The position numbers and the translations under genes are program-made. A stretch of DNA of 64,000 nucleotides from Antedon mediterranea. Lineage: Eukaryota > Animalia > Echinodermata. The stretch covers positions 8,494,001-8,558,000 of the forward strand of contig NC_092674.1 in the NCBI RefSeq assembly GCF_964355755.1. The letters are read 5' to 3'. The notes beneath the pieces were generated by a model. That model did no database searches. It was not told the DNA's origin and saw nothing but the letters and a program-made list of their open reading frames with translations. Of this stretch, positions 23,986 through 36,400 are shown piece by piece; the first letter of the stretch is position 1; each line of letters starts with the position of its first letter.

Positions 23986-26900
23986 TTACCTTTTATCATA
24001 AGGTTTTTTTGATTTATAAGAGTTTGTTGAATGTTTTTTACAATTGTAATTGTCAGATGCTTTTTTCGTTGCTTCGACTTTAAAATCATCTTTGTCTCCA
24101 TCCATTACCATCAACTTTGCTTCCAATGCTCTGATCTTAGTTTCCAGGCTGTAAGAGATGCAAAGAGGCATTCAAAATATTGTATTCTAGATTCCAGATT
24201 CCACCAAATTCTTAAGAAGATATTTCAAGGGTCAAATTGGGGGGGGGGGAGGGAGGGAGGGGGAAATAGAAGTGGAGGGGGAGAAAATGAGAGAGGGAAG
24301 AGAGGGAAAAAAGGGGTGTTCCAATAGTAGTCTCAAGGAAAGTGTTAATTGCCACTCGTTAATGTGGCCATAAAAGCCTTAAAAAAAATTCAACCTACTC
24401 GCATAAGGCAAAGCTACACCTCATTTGGTACCCGATGGACAGAGCAGTATCATGTCTAGCGACAATAAACAGCCTGCAGTATGTGGGATACTGTAGTATT
24501 ACAGTGAGAGATTATTTAGAGAGTTATGTGCTATGGTATGGGCCAGTTGCCTAATACCAACCTTATTTTTTTAGCATTTTTAGCTCCTGAACTCTGACCT
24601 CCGAAACTTGCTGGAAGTCTATCGGCTGAGATACCGCTAGGTTGTTGCTTAGCAACCAGATCATCTCTCTAAAAATTGAAATTAAATTATGTTACAGTAC
24701 AGGACAGAATTATTGCAAAAATCCCAACGCATTCAACACGTTGTCGTTGCGTTGTGTTTGCGTTGCGTTGAACGGCTTTCAACGTTTAGTTGTTTATTCA
24801 ACGAAAGTCGTTATCAGCATGTCAAGTAAACAATTAGTTATTTCAACGCTAGCTGCTGCAGCACTCTAGACTGGCCGATTGCACGCCTGAACGATCAGTA
24901 ACAACAACAGGCAAAATACCTATCGGCAGTCACTACCAGATATTTTAATATAAATAAAAAATATATATGAAGCTTAGATATATTTTTAAGTATTGAACGG
25001 ACAGTTACCAAATAAAACACAGTGATATTTCCCAGTGTTTAGTGAAGGAAAACATCGAATAATAAGGTCGATGCCAAGTCTAACAGTTAACACTGTACTG
25101 TAGGCCTTCCGGAGGAAAACACGATCTCACGTCGTAAAATCAAACAACGTGGAAATTACTGACATCAACACACGAGGCCGCCACCCTGGTTTCCTCAAGA
25201 AAAACACCACGTGTGTTATGACGTATTTAACGATCGTTAATGACGACGAAGTATTTAATTTTATTTAGGCCTACATTTTTTAGCTGTTCGAGATTCAAGA
25301 GATAAAGTTAAAATATTGTTTCTCTATTTTGGTTTTTATTTTATAATTGTCCCATTGTTTGTTGTAATGTAATTTGAAAGAACTAAAAAATTTGACGTGT
25401 CCGACACCCATGAACCAATTTAAATCTTTATAAATCAAACAACATTACATTTTTAAGTACAAAAAGCGTTTTGAATACGTTAACAATAGAGCGTGTTGAA
25501 TGTGTTGAACCCGTTGACCGTTCATTGACGACGTCAAACAATTGAATCCCATAGCGTTGAAAACGTTGCGCGTTTTGAAAAGCATCACACTGTAAACTGA
25601 TTAAAATGTTGGCTGTTCGCTCGCATATTCTCGCAACTCCCATCCCATTCATACAGTTTCAGGAGGAGGCCAATATAATTATATTAAGAAACAAAACAAT
25701 AGTATGTTAAAGAGAAAACGCCTAAACCTCGCCTGTAATAATATATTGTCTTGCATCAGAATAAAGTGGTTCTTTATTCTGAATTGTTTGGTTATTCAAA
25801 TATTTGTGGGTTACACCTTGGCGTGAATAATATGGTATGGCACAGGTTTTGATTTTAAAGAAAACGCCTAAAATTGCCTATTGTCATCAAATTGGTCATT
25901 CCTATTTCTTGGTTATTATATTTAACGCTTTTCTCTGCATGGGTTACGTTAGGCATCACAATAATTAATTTATAATATAATACATGATAATGATATATTT
26001 ATGGATAATAATAAAACTAAACGATTTTTTTCCCTTTTAATTACGCGTTATTTCATAATGAATGAACTCTTCACCTTTCGATCAGTTCGTCCCTCACGTC
26101 ACGAAAAGCATGCGTGAAAAAGACGACGACCATGCTGGATCGTTATGTTGGTGGTGTATTGTTGCCTTCCATGGCGGCGGGTGTAGGCTACGTTGTTTTT
26201 ATAAATAATCGAGAAAAATGTAGTACAGTACTGCGAAGTTTTTAGTTTGGAAATAATTAATTACGATGTGACCTAGCCTCCAAGATTCACCGCCGCCTTA
26301 ACTTTGGTATTTAATACTCCAGTTAATATAGGCACACAGTAATTAAGGACATGACCACTGGCAATCTGTAAATACCATACGAATCCGATTGTTCGTTATT
26401 TCAACGCAAACTCAACGCAACACATTGTGTTGGTTGAATAAACAGTTCAACGAACTCAACACTTTCAACGCCAACGGACAACGCAGTTTCAACACTTTAA
26501 CAATGCGTTGAATGCGTTCAAAATCTGCAATAATTCTGTCCGGTACTGTATGTGCATTTTCATTTAATTTGTATTTCAAATGTTAGCATATATTTGGGTC
26601 CTGCAACAAAGTACAGATAAAAATTAAAGATCATTGCTCGGGCTAAAAAGACAACTTACTGATGGTTGAGAGTGAGCTCTTTTGACGATTAGCCGTTTTC
26701 CAAGGGCTACCTTTCCATCCAAAAGCAAGATGGCATTGCTTGCCTCCTAAAATAAAAAAAAAACCTTCTATGGTGAGCATTAATGTTAATTAGTGATACG
26801 TCGAAATATGAAAGACCATCCTTTATGTTCATCTATCTAGCCATACATTTTATCTCTTCTTACCCTCATGGAAAGTTCTGTTGCTAGTGTATGTCCATTT

Positions 26901-27439
26901 GGATCATAAATTCTGTCCGTTCTCTATTTTTTTTTAATGAATGCTTTGTACTGTTGTAATATATAAATTATTATACACATTCAAATTATATACATTGTAA
27001 TAGAACAACTCATTTATTATACTGTACCTCTTTTGTGCTGTAACTAGCAAAACAGTAACCACGGGGCTTGCCTTGGTTTGGACCAGTCTTGTGAAACAAG
27101 AAGTCAAATTTCTTCACATCACCATATCGTTTAAGGATCTTCAACAAGTTAAATCTGTGTTTTACAAAATGTGCAGTAGTTATGGGGTATTCAATAACAC
27201 CAGAAAGATATTTTGATGAACATTAACCTTTACCTAGCCTAGGCCTAGTTCCTGCAGGCAGCTGCTCACTTAAGCTACAAACCAGGCGCGTTCCACCGCC
27301 AAGCATGCCAGGAGGAACGAGTTAGTTAGGCCTAGGCTGTCGAAGATTAGAAAATTATATTGACAACAAAATCTTACTCGGTCAAACGAGGATCTAGATT
27401 ACCAATCCATAAACGGCAGTCGGCCTCAACTTCTTCCAT
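23986..27439 (-). CDS. RBM18: Probable RNA-binding protein 18 (single RRM), 181 aa
   Basis: Exons 27439-27378, 27154-27028, 26746-26660, 24668-24562, 24148-23986, phases consistent. Translation [65 protein letters not shown]...GKVALGKRLIVKRAHSQ...ETKIRALEAKL matches RBM18 motifs. Mostly missed by the ORF track. Confidence 0.93.
24695..26548. mobile_element. Non-autonomous Tc1/mariner-type element, 1854 bp, in RBM18 intron 3
   Basis: TIR CAGTAC(A/C)GGACAGAATTATTGCA...AACGCATTCAAC at both ends, TA on both flanks, many TCAACG/CGTTGA internal motifs, no transposase ORF. Confidence 0.85.
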
Positions 27440-30400
27440 TTCAGGAAAACAGCATAATTAAATTGACCTAAACCAAATTTAATTACAATGTTCTTTATTT
27501 TATTGTTGTTTACCACAGCCTATCTACTCCCTTTGTTTTTTAGTACTGAGGGCGCTGGTGGTCTACGTTAAAACAAGCGCCGCCTATCGATAAGCATTTA
27601 ACTTAAATTATTTTTTGTCACCCTTTTTTTTTTATTTTGTTAATTCTTACATTTCGATAAAATATTATGTTAATTATACCTTATTTCTGTTTTAATCAAT
27701 ATAGGATTTTTTTTTCATAAAACATATCCAACGGTTTTAGCTTTTAATGAGTCTCCATCAGGCTATTCGTTCATTTCATTTATTCTTTAATCCGTAATCC
27801 AATGTACATATACAGTAAAAAAAAAATATTACTTTAACTGATTATAGAAAATGCAAAAATACAATAATAAAACAACAACCACCCATGGACAATATGTACT
27901 GGTAAGTCATTCAAACTCTCTAGGAATTAAAAACAGCACGTTTTGCTCACAGACCTTTGTACTATCTGTAAAATGCTAGTATTCATCATAAAACGATTCC
28001 TTGTTGTTGTTTTTTTTTTATCGAAAATCGGTTAAGAATGATGATGGTGGATATCATAGAGGAATTTAGTTGAGAATACGGTCAGTAATAGGACAAGAGA
28101 ATAGAGAAGGACACACATTATGTAAATTAATTAAGAAATTGGTTTGTCACAGTTTTAGTACAAAGTTATTAGATTAATATGCATTGCATATATTTTAGTT
28201 AACGTAATAGTAGGTAAGGCTAGTAAGGTAGTGGGAAAGTATCAGGTAAGTAAGAAATAGGTTGATCCTAACATTATAAGTAATTACGTAATACTTGATA
28301 TAGCGATTATACTAGGACGTGAGTTGTGTATCAGGACCATGGGAAAAGGAACTTGTGTACGTTTATCAGGTAAAGCTATGTAGTAGACCTACAAATAATA
28401 ATAATAGGCATAGTTGATGCATGACTCAGTTATTAAACTTTCTTTTTCCCAGTGCGTCTAGGCCTAGACCTTTGATCAGTAGATAGAAATGATTCAGTGA
28501 TATAACTACTTTAAAGATTGATGATATTACTGTATAAGTAAATACTTTTGATTAATTATTGTCATTTGTTATAAAGAAACATGCAGTATAAATTTAACTT
28601 TATGGAGTACACGATGCATTAGGCTTCTACGGAACTTTTGTAAGGTTAGGGTTCGAGAAAGTGAGCATAATTTTTGTTAACAGCAAACAAATTTAAAGCA
28701 TGCTACTAATGAAAGTATTTAAGATAAAATCAACACGTGACCTTATGCAATCCCATCGTGCAATAAAGTCAACTATTTTTATGTGTAAGTACGTAAGCAT
28801 TTACGCGTATATGAAATACAGCTGTCATTTTGTGAATGATTTTTGTAGGCTGAACCAACTTAAGCTGTTTTCTTAATGTCATTCGAAACTGTTTTTGAAT
28901 TGTAAGTGTAGTAGGCTCTAAAAACGGAAGACACTCTGGAAGTAAGCCGTAACGGTTTATTGGAATACGGCTGTCGCGTGATGACGTAATACACATCTTT
29001 TTGCACAAGGGCGCAATGAACTTCATGGAAAAAAACTATAATTATAATATTCGAGTACATTTTCGTTGCTTCCCAATGCTTTAAATCAACTATAACCAAT
29101 CCTTGAGACGCTTTTTATTTGCATAATATTGTATGATCAACTTATTTTTTTAAGTTTTATATCGAGGTTACACTACACCTTTACTGCTTCTAACGATTGT
29201 TTCCCACTAGGGACGCAACGCGAGGACGTAAACTCAACGCAAGATAGTTGAACTGCAATGACAAGCGACAATTCGAATAATCCGTCGCTTGTCAAAAGCA
29301 CTTCCATTCTGCTAGTGAGAACCAAGCTGTTGTTCAATTCTTTGATCATCCAAAAATAAACCCCATGACTTTATCATGTTTATGTTTTATTCCTGAATTA
29401 TCGAACAAGCTCTATGTTTCCATCCACCTAAGACGGTTTATACGTCATTATGTGTATAGTAATGATATTGATATAGGCCCAATAGGCACGTAAAACACAA
29501 CATCATAATGAATATTAACTCGTAATTACCGGCTGCGTAAACATACCATAATTTGTCTACAAAAACATTGACATACGATTGAAAGTTCAAACATAATTTA
29601 ATTTAAAAATATGCCTATTATGATATTGTCCTTCTTTCCTTCCGTCCTCTTGTCTTAATCAATGATCCGCAACGTCAGGTGGATAGTCTACCACAGTATT
29701 ACTGGGACGTGGGCTTCTCGATGGGGCTTTTTCAGGAACATTGAAGTTGAGTTGAAGAAACACTTTCTTGAGTTTCCTGTGCAGTTATTGTTCAAGAACA
29801 GCAATAAGCTGGATAAGAATCCACGACCCAGAAATTTTAAGGCAAGCACATTAATCACCAACATAACGTTCTGCCATCACAGTGAATGTACATGAATATA
29901 GTACTAGTTATATGATGTACATATCAAAAGAACAGCCTTTAATTATTTATAGAAAATATTGACGTTTTGGTTTCTTGTCATTAATACTTTAATCGTTAGT
30001 GCAATTACAATTCAATATGTAGGCCTACATACACAAGTACACGAACCTAATTACTGATTATGAGGCTATCAATTTCAATTAGGTACGGTAGTACTTCAAC
30101 AATGACAATTATTTTCGTACGTTTAATATTATCATTTAAAGCCGTTTGCAAGTATTTATAAAAACAATCCATTACTACTGTTCCTTTTTTGACATTTCTT
30201 GTTCCTTTATTTTCATGGCCTAATTTATTTGGGAACAACAAAATGTAAACGTGTGCAAATATTTAAAGGATTGGAATCTAACAAGCAAAATAAAATAATA
30301 TAACATAACATGAGTGCATACTTAGAGCAGTTTTGCAAGGGATCGATAGCACCGTAAAGGTAATTTATTCATTCCCTATTAAGAAAACTGATTCATTTCT

Positions 30401-30589
30401 TGGAATTGTATTACAACGTCATTTTAAATGAGGTCCAATTAAGCTGTATGATACGTAAAGTGAGTGTATTTAACCGATTCGTTAGAATTCTATATTAGGC
30501 CTAAAATACGTATATACAAAATTAAACGTCATTAATTTTATACGTGCGCGTGCGAAAGCTTTATGTCACTTTCTTATGACGTAATTATG

Positions 30590-30845
30590 TTAGAAATGTA
30601 TATATATATGTTTTAATTATGTAAAGTTTCTACATGTCTATTAAACTATTTCTTGGCCTCTATTAACATTTACCTAGTGTCATATAAGCAAAATTATCTG
30701 ATAGTACAGCATCACATGTGAAGGCTGTATCATAGACCCTAACCCTCTTAGAAATGTATATATGTGTTTTAATATGTAAAGTTTCTACATGTCTATTAAA
30801 CTATTTACAGCATCACATTTTAAGGCTGTATCATATATCCTAACA
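30590..30845. repeat. Local direct duplication, period about 158 bp
   Basis: TTAGAAATGTATATAT...GTAAAGTTTCTACATGTCTATTAAACTATTT...ACAGCATCACAT...AAGGCTGTATCATA occurs twice. Confidence 0.8.
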
Positions 30846-33445
30846 CTGTGACATTCTATACTATAAGCATCAGGCGTGAAAGCTCTATTGTAGACTTTCT
30901 CTAGATACTGGACAAAAATGTTGTCATTGTGGAGATAGCACTGATGATCAAGTGTGTATACGTATGTTTTTTCCTATATGATAGACACCAATGCAAATCC
31001 TGTGAAATTTGTATCACAACCAAACTTTAGCACGTCAATGATTGATTATAATGTTGTGTACTGTAGAAGAAATCTATATCTGTATGTTGAGTTTATCCCT
31101 AACTATGAATGATAAAACTGCAACATCGCCCGGCATTTGAGTAGTTTGAAAGCTAATCTCGTTTCTCACTTCTTGAAATAGGCAGTAAATAATGTTGTAA
31201 TCACAGTATATATAGTCGTCGTGAATTTATTTCCTCTAGAATTGAAACATTACATCAAACGTATCTTCACCAATATTTCATACCACAAGACTTTCAACAT
31301 TTCGTACATATTATGGTCATAGAAAAATGCAAAATAGTGGTTCTTTTTTAATCAGTTTAAACTGAAAACAAATCAACCTAAGCAACATTACTGACTATAA
31401 TTCACTGAAACCGGGTATGTATATTTACAGAGAATCATTGGGATATCGAATTAATAAAACCGATCATGTATTATTATCATTGTATAAGTTATGCATACTT
31501 ATATACAGCCAGGTTTTTGATGAGTTGAGGTCACAAATTTATATATAATTTATCATATTTTTACCAGACTTTTTATAGTCTTCAAACAATTACAGTGCTC
31601 TTTTAAATTTCACGTTTGCACTAGTTATGTTATTTTACTGTATTCAATTTCTGACTGGGTCCCACACCAGTGAAACAGCATAGACCATAACACCTATTTA
31701 GTTTCGGTTAGGCTATAGGCTATTATGTACGGTATTTATTTTAATTTAAACTGTGTCAGGTTGATGAACTCTAATATACAGTACTTATAATTACCATTGA
31801 TTTTATAAATATTCCCAGTTTTTTCGTATAAGTTAAAACAACCTACTTAAAAATATTCAGCACATGTGACATCAATGCAGTAATGTAACCTACAAACATA
31901 GACTGTTATAATAATGTTAGTACAGATTCAGATCAACACGATACAGTCATAAAATAACATCAAGAACGTTTTCCTTAGAGACTTAAAGTAGGCCTGACTA
32001 CACACTTGACGTGAGAGGAATGTCACATACATATCATATACTGTCATTTCAGTATATTCACAAACTGTCAACCCACTTTTGATAATATCTACAAATGTTA
32101 TAAAAGAAAATCTGAGCTAAAAATGATGACGTAAATGATCTAATAAAATTATATAATTATTTTAATGCGACGCGGATTCGATTTATTCGGTGGTGTTCAG
32201 TCAGTCTATGTATATATTCTGATCAAAGTGTAGAGTTTAAAATTAATTTGGTCTTTATGAAATTAAGTTCGATATAATGTGTGTACAACAAATTGTGCGA
32301 ATGTCATTACCCAACAGCGCTAATATAAGTATGTACCGCGGTGCTTATAATACATCTGTATACCAACTGCAGCGCATTCAGCTGCAAAATCACGTTCCAC
32401 GTGGCGCCGAGTGTAATTAGACTGATGCTTTTTATTCGATCATTTACGAGGTCTCTCTATAAACACGAAATACGTAATGTCTTAACTAATTAAACAAAGT
32501 TTTCAAATATTAAATGCGCACACACACACGTTATAGCCTATTTACATTTTGATGATCGGTCTATTTTTTAATAAAGACCCTCAAATCATTTTTATTAATT
32601 GGTCCATAACGGACTAAATGTAATATTTACAAAATGTACTGTAACAATTTAACAGCAACAAACAATATGTACACGTTTGAGTAACTTACATTAAAACAAG
32701 ACTTAGATATAGAGAATAGAAAGTTAAATTCATCTATGTAACTTAAGTACGTAGTATTGCTTTTATTTTTCCTATTATATAATATTGCTATGACGTCATC
32801 AAACTTATACCATAATATATTTTTAGATTTATAGTTGGTTTTACTTTCATTTAAGAGAATATACAGTAGCAGTATGCAATTGAAATAAAAATGTATACAA
32901 TATTTATATAGTAACTTTATTTTCGCGGCTCTTTATATTCACGCCCTTTTGCAAATGACTTATTTTTACGATTAATTTGTTGATTTCGTGCATCAACATG
33001 TTCGTCTTTATTTATTTCGATTGCTTTCTATTGTCTTAAGAATCGTTAAATAAGGAACCTCATGCTAGTTTATGGTTAGGCTACAATATCAATCATCGAG
33101 ACCTAACTAGTTTCTCTTCTCTCGGTTAATAACTGTACCGTGTGCATGCTGGTTATCAACTTGCTTCCAGTTCTCCAAGAAGGGTTGCTCATTGTTGACA
33201 ATGTACGCGCCTAATCGAAGTTCGTCCAGTTCATCATTTTTTTTATTTTACTGTATATAACAGATTTTCGGTTATATTTTTCGAACCAATGCTGGATTTA
33301 TTTTACTGTTACTTTATATTTTATAATATGCTTATATGGATTTAAATTGTATGACACAGTATTGGTCGTTTTGTAACATTCAAATAATATGGGGCTACCA
33401 CATATATCTGTTTTTACTTGACTTCAACCGCCGATGACCATTCCC

Positions 33446-36400
33446 TTACAACTCATTGCGATTCGTTCCTTGGTTGTTTCCTGAACATCTCCTTTCCTTG
33501 TCTGCTATATAATTGTTAAACTCAGCCTTCCATGCAACCATGTATTCGCTGCTCCACAGGTGAAATTCTTTCTTCCATTCCATCTCCGATTCGTTTATGT
33601 CAGCTGTTAAAATAGTGCAAAAACATTAATATTGTTTAATTAGATGTGATGTAATGCAAATTCCACAACTGTAATTATTACCAAAAGTATTTTTGCTATT
33701 AACAATTTTCTTCTTTTTTTCATTCTATCCGTCATAATAAGAACGAAATTAACGATTGTAGGAAATTTTGATATTATATTAGCATCGTCAAAGTTTTTTT
33801 TATTAAACCATGTTTTTAAAAAGTAATTTAAAAATGTGATGGTATTGATTGTTTCCATTTCGAGGTGAGCATTGTTTAGTTTCTAGTAGAAGTAACATAT
33901 CATTAGACTAACTATCTTATTAGATTTCTAAAGTTTAGTGAAGTAAAGTAAACTAAACTAGTATGTTTAATAATTGTATAGAAACTAGAACTGGTCTTCA
34001 CTGGAAAACAAGCTTTCAGAGTCACTGCTTGTCAAGGTCTCTAGTCACTGCTTCTTGAAGAAGAGAGGTTTCTACCATATATAAATGATGAATCGTTGCT
34101 ATATTACAAAACAGTTACACAGAGAAAGTTCTCTGCTCAAATGGCAAGGTTATAAGCCTGTGTCACCTGCATTGACCAAGTTCAGAGTTAAAATAGTTAT
34201 TTGCCCTTTCAGACATGTAGCATGGTTTCAGCTGTTCAGCTAAATAGAGTTTAAACAAAACTGTGATATGAGAGCCATGGATTATGGTAGTCATAGATCG
34301 CAAGCTCCCTAAATGCGAAGCTACTATTATCAGAAGCAATAACCACATCATACCTGTTTCTCTGGCAAGTTTTGGAAGAAATTTGCTCCAAAGTGCACAT
34401 TTATTGGTTCGTGGGCCTTGTTTCGTTGACATGTAATCTTCTAATGAAGCACTCAGCTCAATGTAATGCTGTTTGGTTTTGCTAAACTTTTTCCAGTAAT
34501 GACCCTCGGTCGGAGTTCTTCAAAAGAAAATAAATACAACATTATTGGAGACATTAGGCCTAGGCCTATATGATTTAGTATTAATGCGCTTGTCTGCCTA
34601 ACACCTAAGCATTGGTTTATACACTTTATTTATCATAAATGTTTGTGCAGATAAGCAACAAACTAGCTAATTTATATATTATGCCAATTAGGTCAGATCT
34701 GGCTTGAAACTATAGCGCCTCATTTTGACCCAATGTGTGTTCTCGAATCCCTTTTCGAGACAACATAATTGTTTTCAAGAGTTCCAAGTACATTTTCATA
34801 TTTTGAGTTTTACAGATTTACTAACCTGAACTCTTCTGATGACAAACTGTATTAGAATAACTACTAAAACATTCCAATACAAAATGTTTTTAAAACCAAA
34901 TTAAGTCATTGTGGATGTAACTATTAAAGATATATTGTCACCCTGACAAAAATATTTTTTTTTTATATCTTTTGTTGAATATTCTATTTTATTGTCACAT
35001 AATATCTATCCACTTTGAACACAGATTGAATTGAAACCAAATTTATTTACCAGAAAAAACTGTAATTTAAAGAAATTTGCCAATGGGTTTTTTGGTTAAA
35101 TTTGACCATTAATTATATATGAGAAAACTTTTTTTTTTGTTTTTTTTACGGAAGGGATTAACTTTATTAAAACTACAAAACAAAATAACCTATTCAAAGT
35201 CTGTTTTGAGGGGACAATACATCTTTAAATATTTTTAATGAACTGAAAGAATCAAATAAAGAAATTTTGGGAAAATGTATTCTTCGCATAAAGCTAATAA
35301 CACTGAAATTGCAGCATTTCGCTTGTGGATAGTTGACGTAATTTAAGGAAGATTTACGAGTTAATTCTGTTGGCAACTATTCGATTAGTGATAGTGTATG
35401 TATTTACTGGTAGTTTGCCTAATGGATTGTATGCATTATTTAGCTTTTTGTGTCTATGAACTTTTCAGTAGATTGTTGACAATGTCCCCAACGTGTTTTT
35501 TAATTTTTTAAATGGTATAGATTTTTGGTTAACGATACCAATTTGGGCTAATGTACATACATTGTAGTGAGTGTATACTAGTCTATAAGATGTCGTGGGC
35601 GTTAATGGATTTTCTCCATTTATATCTACAATGACCTCTTTGTGTCTATTAATATTGTACGTTTATTTTATATACGTACGTAAATTGTTGAATGTTTTTG
35701 CATGGTAGACCTATAGATTTTGTTTTCGCAAAAATAACAACTTGGACTTTTGGTGAGTGTATGTACAATTTTTCTTTACAGCAAATTGTTTGAAAATGTC
35801 CCAATATTGTTTCTTCACGAAGGATTGTGTTAATGACAATAGCATTCAATAATATTGATGACACAAAACTAAAATAGTAGCAAATAATAAAAATAGAAAT
35901 AATAAATACAAAATTATAATAAGTGGGGTATCCCTTTTCTCCTTTATTATGTATTATTTTAGAAAATGTTATATGTACTTTCTTTTTATTTGAGAAATAA
36001 AATGTATTATTGATTAATAATGGTATAAACGTAAAGCTACATAAAAGAGCTCACTTAAAACCGTTTTTTGTTGTTGCAGGTTTTAAAAATCAAAACCAAA
36101 CTGAAACGTGTTTTAGAGATCTCGATATAAATTTTTGTTTTGTTTATTTTATACGGTAAATTTTGTTTTGATTAATCATTCATTTTACAGTGCCCTTTTT
36201 GGATGAGTTAATATATTGGCAATCCGTTTGATCTCGGTTGCTGAGTAAGGAACCTTTAATAGTCTTACTATCGAATAATCACTTACAAAAGGGAAATGAT
36301 ATTATGTTTGAGAACTTAACTATTTCCGTATTAAATAAAATACGAAATATACTTTCGTTTTCTGAATAAATTAATTTTTATTTAAATAAACAATCGGAAA

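Noticed and set aside
24644-24656. X-box palindrome GTTGCTTAGCAAC
   Set aside because: Inside an RBM18 coding exon, far from a promoter; probably incidental.
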